This document shows positions 7,940-16,785 of a stretch of 21,149 bases of DNA, piece by piece (within the stretch, counting starts at the first letter, position 1; each line of letters begins with the position of its first letter). Source of the DNA: Myxococcales bacterium (GTDB taxonomy: Bacteria; Myxococcota_A; UBA9042; JABWCM01; BTVJ01); contig BTVJ01000112.1 in the NCBI GenBank assembly GCA_045863395.1, positions 1 to 21,149 on the forward strand, given 5' to 3'. The notes beneath the pieces are model-generated. The model had not been told where the DNA came from and ran no database searches. It was given only the letters and a program-made list of their open reading frames with translations. Made by a program: the position numbers and the translations under genes.

Positions 7940-9513
7940 CCTGGGAGCTGCGGCAGGGGACCCGCGCGCTGCTCGAGGCGGAGCGCGGCACCATCCGCAA
8001 GGAGGGGCGCTTCCGGGTCGCCCTGTGCCACGCTGCCCGGTATCCGGTGGCCATGAGCAGCCTCGGCTTCCAGGTCATCTACAGGCTCATCAACGCGCGC
8101 CCGGACTTCGTCTGTGAGCGCGCCACCTACCCCGACGACCCTGCTGCCTTCCGCGCCACCCGCACGCCGCTCTATACCCTGGAGTCCGAGCGGCCCGTCG
8201 CCGAGTCCGATCTCATCGCCTTCAGCATCGCGTTCGAGCCGGACCTGCTGCACCTCGTCGACATGCTCGACCTCTCGGGCCTGGCGCCGCTGCGCGAGGA
8301 CCGCGGCCCCTCGGACCCGCCCGTGATCGCCGGGGGGCCCATCACCACGTCCAACGCGCTTCCGCTCGGTCCCTTCGTGGACGTGGTCGTCAACGGCGAC
8401 GGCGAGGAGGCCGTCGAGCAGCTCATGGACGCCCTGCCGGCGGGCAAGGAGGCCTTCCTGCGCGCCTGCGCCGACCTGCCCGGCTTCTGGGTGCCGGCCG
8501 TGCACGGTGACCGGGTGCCAGAGAACCTGCGGGTCGGGGCCACCCACCTGCCCGCCGCGGGCCAGGTGGTCACACCCCACGCCGAGCTTTCGGATATGTT
8601 CCTCATCGAGGCGTCGCGGGGGTGCCCGCGCTTCTGCACCTTCTGTGTCATCCGGGCGACGGTGCAGCCCATGCGGGAGTCGGATCCGGCGGCGCTCCTC
8701 GACGCGGTCCCGGACTGGGCTCCGCGCGTGGGCTTCGTGGGTGCCGCCGTCAGCGACTACGCCCACATCAAGGAGGCCATCGAGGAGGTGATCCGGCGCG
8801 GCAAGGGCGTGGGCGTCTCCAGCCTGCGCGCCGACCGGCTGGACACGGACTTCGTGGACCTCCTGCGTCGCGGTGGTTACCGGACGCTGACGGTGGCCAG
8901 CGACGCGCCCAGCGAGCGCATGCGCGCGAAGCTGATGAAGGGCATCCGGGACCGGCACCTCGTGCGCGCGGCGGAGCTGGCCCGGGCAGCGGGTCTGCGG
9001 ACGCTCAAGCTCTATGTGATTGTCGGGCTGCCCGGGGAGACGGACGAGGATCTGGACGAGCTCATCGCCATGGGCCGCCACCTCGCCGGCATCGGGCCGC
9101 TCGCGCTGACGCTCAGCCCCTTCGTCCCCAAGCTGCACACGCCGCTGGCCCACGCCCCCTTCGCAGGGCTCAAGGCCGTGGATCGGGCCCTGGACCGCGT
9201 GCGGAAGGGGCTGCGCGGCGTCGCGGACGTGCGCGCCGCCTCGTCCCGGTGGGCGTGGATCGAGTACCGCCTCAGCCAGGGAGGGCAGGACGCGGGCCTG
9301 GCGGTTCACGCGGCGTGGCGCAGGGGAGGGGGCTTCGCGGCCTGGCGCGCGGCCCTCGACGGCTGCGATGAGCGGGCGGGCCTGCGCGCGGCCGAGGGCA
9401 CGGGGCTCTGGGAGCCGACGGGGGTGGTCCCGGGGGCGCCGCGCCCGCCACGCCCGCCGAGGCGGCTCCCCCGCGAGGCGTTCGATACCGGGCTCAGCGG
9501 GGGCGGTCGCTAG
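7936..9513 (+). CDS. Radical SAM protein (YgiQ/TIGR03960-like, with N-terminal B12-binding-like domain), 525 aa
   Basis: IEASRGCPRFCTFC gives the CxxxCxxC motif (8623-8646). Also YPVAMSSLGFQVIY, IAFSIAFE, PVIAGGP, SSLRAD and KLYVIVGLPGETDEDL. ATGA overlap at 7936-7939. Confidence 0.9.
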   Translation: MTWELRQGTRALLEAERGTIRKEGRFRVALCHAARYPVAMSSLGFQVIYRLINARPDFVCERATYPDDPAAFRATRTPLYTLESERPVAESDLIAFSIAFEPDLLHLVDMLDLSGLAPLREDRGPSDPPVIAGGPITTSNALPLGPFVDVVVNGDGEEAVEQLMDALPAGKEAFLRACADLPGFWVPAVHGDRVPENLRVGATHLPAAGQVVTPHAELSDMFLIEASRGCPRFCTFCVIRATVQPMRESDPAALLDAVPDWAPRVGFVGAAVSDYAHIKEAIEEVIRRGKGVGVSSLRADRLDTDFVDLLRRGGYRTLTVASDAPSERMRAKLMKGIRDRHLVRAAELARAAGLRTLKLYVIVGLPGETDEDLDELIAMGRHLAGIGPLALTLSPFVPKLHTPLAHAPFAGLKAVDRALDRVRKGLRGVADVRAASSRWAWIEYRLSQGGQDAGLAVHAAWRRGGGFAAWRAALDGCDERAGLRAAEGTGLWEPTGVVPGAPRPPRPPRRLPREAFDTGLSGGGR

Positions 9514-9549
9514 GAACTCCGATGCCGGGGGCCTCTGCGCGGACTGCGC

Positions 9550-9939
9550 CTACGGGCGCGCCAGCACGATCTCGACCTCAAGGGCCACCCGGGACCACTG
9601 CTTGTCCGTCGTGATGGCTGGCAACTCCAGACGCTGCGCCAGCGCGAGACAGGCCCTGTCGCCGAGGGACAGCCCGAGCGCCCGCGTGACGGGCCGCAGC
9701 AGCCCCGCCCGGTACGCGAGCTCCTCATCGAACGGGTAGACCTCCAGCCCGAGGCCGGAGATGGCGCTCTGGATGACCGCCTCGGGCACGCCGGTGTCGG
9801 CGAGCTTCCCCACGACCTCGCAGAGGTTCACCGCACACACGGCGGCGCCGGGGATCGCTGAAGCCACCCTCTGGCTCCCCGGCTCTCCGTGGAGCAGGGC
9901 AAGCAGGGCCGAGGCGTCGAGCACGGCCTCACTCGGCAC
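9550..9939 (-). CDS. vapC: PIN-domain toxin, type II TA
   Basis: AVLDASALLALL, VNLCEV, LSLGDRACLALA and TTDKQW supply the conserved acidic PIN residues. GTG start overlaps the antitoxin stop. Confidence 0.92.
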   Translation of the reverse strand: MPSEAVLDASALLALLHGEPGSQRVASAIPGAAVCAVNLCEVVGKLADTGVPEAVIQSAISGLGLEVYPFDEELAYRAGLLRPVTRALGLSLGDRACLALAQRLELPAITTDKQWSRVALEVEIVLARP

Positions 9940-10180
9940 TGCGCTCCTCCTCGCGCCGTTCGGCGATCAGCTCGTCCGAGAGCGACACATCCACCGGCAC
10001 GAAGGGAGCGATCAGGGCTTGGGCACGCCTCACCGCCGACGCGGAGCTCATGACGCGCAGCCCATCCGCCTCCAGGACCACGACCACCTCGTCCCCCACG
10101 CGGAGTCCCAGCGCGCGCCTGAACTCGCCCGGGATCACCACCCTGCCTCCCGCTCCGAGCCTCGCAGTTGCCGTGGACAT
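9929..10180 (-). CDS. AbrB/MazE/SpoVT-family antitoxin
   Basis: RLGAGGRVVIPGEFRRALGLRVGDEV is a swapped-hairpin motif; C-terminal SLSDELIAERREE. GGAGG RBS. Directly upstream of vapC. Confidence 0.92.
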   Translation of the reverse strand: MSTATARLGAGGRVVIPGEFRRALGLRVGDEVVVVLEADGLRVMSSASAVRRAQALIAPFVPVDVSLSDELIAERREEERSAE

Positions 10181-10212
10181 GGCAAACCTCCGTGAACTGG
10201 CACTCCTTGCAG

Positions 10213-10241
10213 AACATGGCGCTGGTCGGAGATCGTGTCAA
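10213..10241 (-). promoter_or_regulatory. Candidate sigma70 promoter of the abrB-vapC operon
   Basis: On the minus strand: TTGACA (10241-10236), 17-nt spacer, CATGTT (10218-10213). The -35 is perfect and the -10 is weak. Confidence 0.5.
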
Positions 10242-10244
10242 ACG

Positions 10245-10269
10245 GACGACGCTCGCCCACAGCGTCGTC
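10245..10269 (-). terminator. Perfect 9-bp hairpin; possible terminator of the UPF0158 gene, or an operator
   Basis: GACGACGCT-cgcccac-AGCGTCGTC, followed on the minus strand only by CGTTTG (short U tract). Confidence 0.4.
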
Positions 10270-10307
10270 AGACCGGGAGGTGGCCGGATCGAGCCGCGCC
10301 CCCGGCG

Positions 10308-10892
10308 TCACCGGCCCCGCGGCCCGCTGACCCTCGGTCCCGCGCCCATCCGCGGGGGGCGTGGCGCCTTGGGGGCAGGTGACGCTCCCCGCCCGATGGA
10401 CAGGGAGCTTGCCGGCGCGAGGGTGGCCTCCCCCCGCGCAGCGGACCGGAGCGCTGCGAAGGCCGGGTGGTCTATCTCGATCTCCAGGGCCTCGCAGAAG
10501 TCCACCAGCCGGTCGAGGGCAGCGCGCAGCCGCTCCTCCTCCCAGGCGGCCGCCGCGCCCGGCGCCTGGCGCAGCGCCTCGCGGAAGCGCCGGAAGGGCT
10601 TGTCGCTCGTGATCGCCGAGTGCAGCGCCTCGCGCGCCTCCCCCGCCGCTCCCGACGAGGCGAACGCCTCCATGGCCGCGAACTCCTCGTCCGACTCCAC
10701 GTAGGGGATCTCGATCCAGTCCTCCTCCTCGAAGACCCGCTCCTCCACCTTCTGGGCACGGGCGGCGCCGAGCTTCCGGGGGTTGTGGTAGAGGAGCTTC
10801 CCGGTCCGCGTGTTGAGGTAGTACGTGTCCACCATCGTGGCGTCGCGAAAGGCAGCCACCAGCCGGTCCCAGTCGGTGTTGAGCGTCGTCAT
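10308..10892 (-). CDS. UPF0158 family protein (194 aa)
   Basis: YYLNTRTGKL, WIEIPYVESDEEFAAMEAF and LHSAITSDKPFRRFREAL...W are characteristic of UPF0158. ATG at 10892 is preferred over the track start at 11030. Confidence 0.8.
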   Translation of the reverse strand: MTTLNTDWDRLVAAFRDATMVDTYYLNTRTGKLLYHNPRKLGAARAQKVEERVFEEEDWIEIPYVESDEEFAAMEAFASSGAAGEAREALHSAITSDKPFRRFREALRQAPGAAAAWEEERLRAALDRLVDFCEALEIEIDHPAFAALRSAARGEATLAPASSLSIGRGASPAPKAPRPPRMGAGPRVSGPRGR

Positions 10893-11074
10893 GGGCAGGA
10901 GACTACCGGAGGCGCTTGCCGCTGTCACCCGCGCCGGGAGCGCTGCCGGGCGCCGCGTCACGAGCCGGGAGTGGAGGCGCTGACATTTTCGTTGCAGCGG
11001 GCCGGCGCGCCGTGCAAATTGCCGCCGCAAGCCGGATGAGCCGGCCAGCTCGAGCGGCGCAAGGGAGAGGGCTC

Positions 11075-11536
11075 ATGGACATCACTCCGCTGATTCCTCT
11101 GGACCACATCGCGGTGGGGGTCCACGCAGCGGACAAGCGCAGGGTGATCGAGTCCGTCGCGCGGCATGTGGCCGAGGTCGAGGATGGCATCGACGAGCGC
11201 GCCCTCTTCAGCGCCCTCATGCAGCGGGAGGCGCTCGGCACGACCGGTCTCGGGCGAGGCATCGCGGTCCCCCACGCCACGCTGCCGGGCTTCCGGCGCA
11301 CGGTGGTCATGGTGACCAAGCTCGACGCGCCCGTGGACTACGGCGCGACGGACGGCGAGCCCGTCGGCGTCGTCTTCACGCTGGTCTGCGGGCGCGAGAC
11401 GCAGAACGCGCAGCTCCGGGCCCTCGCCCGCATCGCGCGCCTCGCCATGCGCCACAACCTGGCGTCCGAGCTCGGCACGCTCACCACGGGCGACGAGGTG
11501 CGTGACCGCCTCCGTGCCCTCGAGCTGGACCTCTGA
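11075..11536 (+). CDS. PTS EIIA component (Ntr/fructose-mannitol type, PtsN-like)
   Basis: REALGTTGLGRGIAVPHA includes the phospho-accepting His; also PVDYGATDGEPV and LRALARIARL. GGGAGAGG RBS before ATG 11075. Confidence 0.9.
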   Translation: MDITPLIPLDHIAVGVHAADKRRVIESVARHVAEVEDGIDERALFSALMQREALGTTGLGRGIAVPHATLPGFRRTVVMVTKLDAPVDYGATDGEPVGVVFTLVCGRETQNAQLRALARIARLAMRHNLASELGTLTTGDEVRDRLRALELDL

Positions 11537-11577
11537 GCCGACGGGTCGGGGCGCCGGTCGTCGGGGGCACCGCGCGT

Positions 11578-11606
11578 TTGCCCAACCGCCCCGCGGCCGC
11601 TACAAT
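11578..11606 (+). promoter_or_regulatory. Candidate sigma70 promoter of the GT2-asnB operon
   Basis: TTGCCC (11578-11583), 17-nt spacer, TACAAT (11601-11606). Confidence 0.55.
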
Positions 11607-11639
11607 CGCGCGTCCCGTCCCCCCTGGGCGGCCGCTCGG

Positions 11640-12695
11640 ATGACCCGCAACCCGCAGATGGACCTCGCGATGGACCAGCCCGACCTCAGCGCGCCCGACG
11701 GCATCGACGTCTCGGTGATCGTGCCCGTCTACAATGAGGAGGAGTCGCTCCCGCCCCTCTACGACGCCCTGAAGGGCGCCCTGGAGGCCCTGGGGAAGAC
11801 CTACGAGATGGTCTTCTGCGACGACGGGTCCCGCGACGGTAGCCGGAGGATCCTGGAGGGGTGGGCGGCCAAGGACCCGACGGTCAAGGTGGTGTTCTTC
11901 CGGCGCAACTTCGGCCAGACCGCCGCCATGGACGCGGGCTTCAAGTACGCGACGGGCAGGGTGCTCATCCCCATCGACGCGGATCTCCAGAACGACCCGA
12001 AGGACATCGCGCGGCTGCTCTCCAAGATGGAAGAGGGCTACGACGTGGTGAAGGGCTGGCGCCAGAAGCGCCAGGACGCCTACTGGACGAAGACGCTCCC
12101 GTCGCGCATCGCCAACCGGATCATCTCGAAGATCACCGAGGTCCCGCTGCACGACTACGGCTGCACGTTGACGGCCTACAAGCGCGAGATCATGGCCGAG
12201 GTGAACCTGTACGGCGAGATGCACCGCTTCATCCCCGTCTACGCCCACTGGGCGGGCGGCAAGGTGACAGAGATCCCCGTCACGCACCACGCGCGCCAGT
12301 TCGGCACGTCCAAGTACACGCTGCGCAAGACGTTTCGCGTGATCCTGGACCTGATGACGGTCCGCCTGCTGGTCGGCTACGCCACGAAGCCGCTCTACTT
12401 CTTCGGTCGGTTCGGGTTCGCGGCCTTCTTCGTGGCCCTCGTCAGCGGGCTCGTCGCCCTCGGCAAGAAGGCCTTCGCCGGCGCCGACGGCTTCTGGTCC
12501 GGCGCCCCGCTGTACACGGACCCGTTCTTCTACGGGGTCATCTTCTTCGGGGTGGTCGGCGTGCAGATCCTGCTGTTCGGCCTGCTGGCCGAGCTGAACG
12601 TGCGCACCTACTTCGAGTCCCAGGGCAAGCAGCCCTTCGTGGTTCGGGACACCCTCAACCTGGGGCGCGGTCTGCGCGGCACGGACACGCGCTAG
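11640..12695 (+). CDS. Glycosyltransferase family 2, polyprenol-phosphate type (ArnC/GtrB-like) with two C-terminal TM helices
   Basis: VSVIVPVYNEEESL, CDDGSRDGS, RRNFGQTAAMDAG, IDADLQNDP, HDYGCTL and GEMHRFIP. Start is uncertain among 11640, 11658 and 11670. Confidence 0.92.
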   Translation: MTRNPQMDLAMDQPDLSAPDGIDVSVIVPVYNEEESLPPLYDALKGALEALGKTYEMVFCDDGSRDGSRRILEGWAAKDPTVKVVFFRRNFGQTAAMDAGFKYATGRVLIPIDADLQNDPKDIARLLSKMEEGYDVVKGWRQKRQDAYWTKTLPSRIANRIISKITEVPLHDYGCTLTAYKREIMAEVNLYGEMHRFIPVYAHWAGGKVTEIPVTHHARQFGTSKYTLRKTFRVILDLMTVRLLVGYATKPLYFFGRFGFAAFFVALVSGLVALGKKAFAGADGFWSGAPLYTDPFFYGVIFFGVVGVQILLFGLLAELNVRTYFESQGKQPFVVRDTLNLGRGLRGTDTR

Positions 12696-12705
12696 GAGGC
12701 GGGCC

Positions 12706-14595
12706 ATGTGCGGCATCGCCGGCTTCGTCGTCTCGGGGCGCCCACCGGAGGATCCCACCGGGGTGCTGCGGTCCATGACGACCGCCCTGCGCCACCGGGG
12801 GCCAGACGACGAGGGCTTCCACGAGGCCCCTGGGGTACACCTCGGCCACCGGCGCCTGTCGATCATCGACCTCGGCGGTGGCCACCAGCCCATCTACAAC
12901 GAGGACGGCCAGGTCGTCACCGTCTACAACGGCGAGATCTACAACTTCCCAGAGCTCAAGGCAGAGCTGGAGGGGCGTGGGCACCACTTCGCCACCCGCT
13001 CGGACACGGAGATCCTGGTCCACGGCTGGGAGGAGTGGGGGATGGCGCTCTTCCCGCGGCTGAACGGAATGTTCGGGGCCGCCATCTGGGATGCGCGCAC
13101 CCGGACGCTGGTCCTGGCTCGCGACCGCTTCGGCAAGAAGCCCCTCTACTGGGCGGAGACCCCCGACGGCCTGGTCTTCGGCAGCGAGCTGAAGGCGCTG
13201 ATGGCCCACCCGTGGATCCGTCGCGACCTCGATCTGGCCTCCCTCCGCAAGTACCTGGTCTTCGACTACGTGCCGGGCCCGCACAGCATCCTGCGGGGCG
13301 TCCACAAGCTGCCGGCCGGGGGGCTGCTGGTCTGGTCCGGTGGGAGCGCGCGGGTCGAGACCTGGTGGGACCTGCGGTTCCCTGAGCCTCCGGCGGGGAC
13401 GGAGCAGGAGCTGGCGGACCGCCTGTGGTCCCTGATGAGCGACGCGGTGCGCGCGCGGCTGATGTCCGACGTGCCGCTCGGAGTGTTCCTGTCCGGGGGG
13501 ATCGACTCGAGCGCCGTCGTCGCGCTCATGGCGGAGCACCTGCCGCCGGAGCGCATCAAGACCTTCAGCATCGGGTTCAGGGACAAGACCTTCGACGAGT
13601 CCTCCTATGCGCGGCTCGTCGCGACCCACTTCGGGACGGACCACCACGAGCGGATCCTCGAACCGGAGTCCATGCTCGACCTGCTGCCGGGGATCCTCCG
13701 CATCATGGACGAGCCGCTGGCGGACGGGTCCCTCATCCCCACGTACATGCTCGCCGGCTTCACCCGCGAGTCGGTGACGGTGGCCTTGGGTGGCGACGGC
13801 GGCGACGAGCTGTTCCTCGGCTACCCGACCTTCCTGGCGCACCGCGCCGCGGGGCTCTACGGGCGTGTGCCTGGGGGGGTGCATCGCGTTGCGCGGCGCC
13901 TCGCTGCACACCTCCCCGTGTCCGTCGGGAACATCAGCCTCGACTACCAGATCAAGCGGTTCCTCCTCGGCATGGAGTATCCGCCCGAGGCGCGCCACTT
14001 CGTCTGGATCGGCGCCATCGATCCGCTGTCTCAGCCTGGGCTGCTCACCGACGACGTGCTCGCCGCGACGGCGGGCCTCGACCTCTTCGAGGACGTGGCG
14101 GCGCACCGCGCCCGCGTGACGCCTCGCGACGACATGGACGCGCTCAGCTACCTCTACGCGAAGCTCTACATGGGCGACGACATCCTGGTGAAGGTGGATC
14201 GCGCCACCATGGCCCACGGGCTCGAGTCCCGGGCTCCGCTGCTCGACGTGCGCGTCGCGGAGTTCGTCGCCAGCCTGCCGACCTCCATGAAATTGCGCGG
14301 CCGCACCATGAAGTTCCTGCTCAAACGAGCGCTCCGGGGGCGCGTCCCGGATGCCGTGCTCGACCGGCCCAAGAAGGGGTTCGGCATGCCCATCGCCGCG
14401 TGGATCAAGGGCCCGCTCCTGCCCTGGGTGCGCGAGGTGCTCCACCCCGACCGGGTGCGGCGCGACGGCCTGTTCAGGCCCGAGGCGGTCACCGCGCTCC
14501 TCGACGCCCACCTGGCGGGGCGCGCGGACCACCGCAAGGCGCTCTGGTCCCTGCTGGTCATGAACCTGTGGCTCGACACCTGGGGCCGCCCATGA
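12706..14595 (+). CDS. asnB: Asparagine synthase (glutamine-hydrolysing)-family amidotransferase
   Basis: N-terminal MCGIAG (Ntn Cys), HRGPD, HRRLSIIDL, NGEIYN, FLSGGIDSS, GDGGDELF, KVDRATMAHGLE and KKGF. AGGAGG RBS. Confidence 0.95.
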   Translation: MCGIAGFVVSGRPPEDPTGVLRSMTTALRHRGPDDEGFHEAPGVHLGHRRLSIIDLGGGHQPIYNEDGQVVTVYNGEIYNFPELKAELEGRGHHFATRSDTEILVHGWEEWGMALFPRLNGMFGAAIWDARTRTLVLARDRFGKKPLYWAETPDGLVFGSELKALMAHPWIRRDLDLASLRKYLVFDYVPGPHSILRGVHKLPAGGLLVWSGGSARVETWWDLRFPEPPAGTEQELADRLWSLMSDAVRARLMSDVPLGVFLSGGIDSSAVVALMAEHLPPERIKTFSIGFRDKTFDESSYARLVATHFGTDHHERILEPESMLDLLPGILRIMDEPLADGSLIPTYMLAGFTRESVTVALGGDGGDELFLGYPTFLAHRAAGLYGRVPGGVHRVARRLAAHLPVSVGNISLDYQIKRFLLGMEYPPEARHFVWIGAIDPLSQPGLLTDDVLAATAGLDLFEDVAAHRARVTPRDDMDALSYLYAKLYMGDDILVKVDRATMAHGLESRAPLLDVRVAEFVASLPTSMKLRGRTMKFLLKRALRGRVPDAVLDRPKKGFGMPIAAWIKGPLLPWVREVLHPDRVRRDGLFRPEAVTALLDAHLAGRADHRKALWSLLVMNLWLDTWGRP

Positions 14596-15830
14596 TCACC
14601 CAGGCCATCGTGCTCGTGCGCCGGCACCCGGGGATCGGGCCCGCGACCCCCGTCGCTGGTCTCGCCGTGGTGGGGCGCCTGCTGCACGTGCTGGCCGACG
14701 CGGGGATGCGCCACGTGTGGGTGCTCGGGGCGCTCGGCGCCGATGAGATCGACGCCGTCCTCGACTACGGCATCGAGCTGCGTATCGGTGTGGAGCTGGC
14801 GCACCCGCGGGAGCGGGAGACGGAGACCGCGGCCATCGCGCGCATCTCGGCGAGCGCGGGGGACGGCGTGCTGCTGGTGGCCGGCGACGTGGTGACCTCC
14901 GCGCGCACGCTGACCTCGCTGGTCGCGTCCTCCACCCCGGACGACGCGATCCTCGCCATGGGCGGAGACGAGTGGACGGGCATCGCGGCGCTGCCGCGCC
15001 CGCTCTACGCGCGCTTCCAGGCCCTACCCCACGCAGAGGTGGCGCTGGAGGAGCTGCGGCGGGAGGGGCGCGCGGAGCTCAGGCAGGTGCCAGGGCCGGT
15101 GCGCCGCGTCCTCGACGCCGACGCCTTGCGGCTGGCCTCGCGGGAGCTCTATGCGGCCGCCCACCTGGGGGCCGGCATGGACGGTCCCATCGCCCGTTAC
15201 TTGATGCGGCCCCTGGTGGGTCCCTTCGTGGCGATCCTCCTCCGGCTGAGGGTGTCGCCGACGGCCGCGACGGTGGCGTGGGTGCTGGCGGGCCTGTGCG
15301 CTGCCGCCGTCCTGGCCCTCAGTGGCCCCGAGGGGGTGGCGCTCGGCGCGACCCTCATGGCCGTCTGCGGCCTGCTCGACACGGTCGACGAGGCGCTGGC
15401 CCGGCTGCTGCACCGGGCGACTCACGGGGCCTGGCTGGACCGCGTCGGCACGGATGTCGTGCAGGTCGCCATGCTCGCGGCGCTGACCGCGCGCTCCTTT
15501 GGCGAGGGTGGGGGGTGGGCCACGGTGATCGCCGGGTTGACTGCGCTGTGGCTGCTCCTGCTCGTGGCAGGGGCCCGGTACGCGCGCGTGCTGTCGGTGG
15601 ACGAGGCGAGGCCCGGGGTGCCGGGCGACGACGGAGTGCCCTCCCTGGCCCGAGTCGTGGGGCGCCTGCGGTGGCTCGGCGGCCGCGACGTGCTCCTGGT
15701 GCTCGCGCTCCTGGCCGTGCTGCTCGGCCGGTCCTGGATCATCGTGTGGTATGCGCTCGCGGTGACGGCCGCGGGCCTCATTGCGGCGGCCCTGTACGCT
15801 TTCGGGCCCACGCACGCGGAGGAGCGATGA
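14592..15830 (+). CDS. NTP-transferase-like + CDP-alcohol phosphotransferase-like fusion (IPCT/DIPPS architecture) with degenerate motifs, 412 aa
   Basis: N-half: AIVLV...VAGLAVVGRLLHVLADAG...LLVAGDVV. C-half membrane domain: DGPIARYLMRP...RVSPTAAT...LDTVDEALAR...GAWLD. ATGA overlaps at both ends. Confidence 0.75.
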   Translation: MITQAIVLVRRHPGIGPATPVAGLAVVGRLLHVLADAGMRHVWVLGALGADEIDAVLDYGIELRIGVELAHPRERETETAAIARISASAGDGVLLVAGDVVTSARTLTSLVASSTPDDAILAMGGDEWTGIAALPRPLYARFQALPHAEVALEELRREGRAELRQVPGPVRRVLDADALRLASRELYAAAHLGAGMDGPIARYLMRPLVGPFVAILLRLRVSPTAATVAWVLAGLCAAAVLALSGPEGVALGATLMAVCGLLDTVDEALARLLHRATHGAWLDRVGTDVVQVAMLAALTARSFGEGGGWATVIAGLTALWLLLLVAGARYARVLSVDEARPGVPGDDGVPSLARVVGRLRWLGGRDVLLVLALLAVLLGRSWIIVWYALAVTAAGLIAAALYAFGPTHAEER

Positions 15831-16765
15831 GCGTCACTCTGGGCATCGACGTGGGCGGCACCCGGGTCAAGGTGGGCCTCGTTGCCGATGACGGCGCGCT
15901 GGACCATGTGCGCGTGGTGGGTGTCGGGCCGGCCGACCGGAGCGAGCACGGCATGGTGACCCTGCTCACCTGCCTCATCGAGGAGTCTCGGGCGGCGGCC
16001 ACCGTTGCGCGCGTCGGGATTGGCATCCCCGGGGCGGTGGATCTGGCGGCCGGGGTCGTGACGCGGTCCCCGAACTTCCCCGAGTGGGTGGACCTCGACC
16101 TCCGCGGTCGCCTGCGGGGACAGGGGCTGGACCTGCCCCTCGCCATCGACAACGACGCCAACGTCGTCGGGGTCGGTGAGTCCCTCTTCGGGGCGGCCCG
16201 CGGACAGGACAGCTTCATGCTGCTCACCCTGGGCACCGGGGTCGGAGGGGCGCTCCGGCTGGGGGGCCGGACGTGGCGCGGTGTCCACGGTATGGCCGCT
16301 GAGCTCGGGCACCTGAACCTGGTGCCGGGCGGTCGCCCGTGCGGGTGCGGGGGGGCGGGCTGCCTGGAGCAGTACGCGTCGTCCAACGGGCTGCGCCACG
16401 AGATCCTGGAGAACGCCATCGACCTGGACGACGCCGAGGCCCTCGCGGCGGACCCGGACATGCCCCGCAAGCTGTTCGACCTCGCGGCCCACGGGGACGC
16501 GGCCGCCCGCGCCATCTGGGAGCGCTTCGGCGCGTGGCTCGGCCTCGGCATCGGATCGCTGCTCAACGTGCTGGACGTTCCCCTCGTCGTGCTTGGCGGG
16601 GGTCTGGCAGGCGCGCTCCCGATCTTCCAGGGGCCGCTGCTGGCCGCGGTGAGCCACTCGTCCTTCCCGGCCATCCACCAGGGGCTGCGGGTGGTTGCCG
16701 GGTCGCTCGGCGACGCGGCTGGGATCCTGGGGGCGGCAGCGTTGGCGAGGGAAGAGGCCCGCTAG
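15827..16765 (+). CDS. ROK-family sugar kinase (glucokinase-like), 312 aa
   Basis: GIDVGGT, IDNDAN, TLGTGVGG, AELGH and the Zn motif CGCGGAGCLE. No N-terminal HTH. GGAGGAG RBS and ATGA overlap. Confidence 0.93.
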   Translation: MSVTLGIDVGGTRVKVGLVADDGALDHVRVVGVGPADRSEHGMVTLLTCLIEESRAAATVARVGIGIPGAVDLAAGVVTRSPNFPEWVDLDLRGRLRGQGLDLPLAIDNDANVVGVGESLFGAARGQDSFMLLTLGTGVGGALRLGGRTWRGVHGMAAELGHLNLVPGGRPCGCGGAGCLEQYASSNGLRHEILENAIDLDDAEALAADPDMPRKLFDLAAHGDAAARAIWERFGAWLGLGIGSLLNVLDVPLVVLGGGLAGALPIFQGPLLAAVSHSSFPAIHQGLRVVAGSLGDAAGILGAAALAREEAR

Positions 16766-16785
16766 AGGATCACCCCACTCCTCAG

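Noticed and set aside
10990..11035. Possible sigma54 promoter near the PTS EIIA gene
   Set aside because: The candidate GG...TGC pairs I examined on both strands were spaced 8, 9 or 12 nt rather than the required 10, and there is no TGGCAC-like -24 element.
13425..14591. N-terminal extension of the 801-aa ORF (likewise 14972-15826 for the ROK ORF)
   Set aside because: Alternative-frame overlap with the upstream genes, typical of high-GC DNA; the real starts are at the ATGA overlaps.
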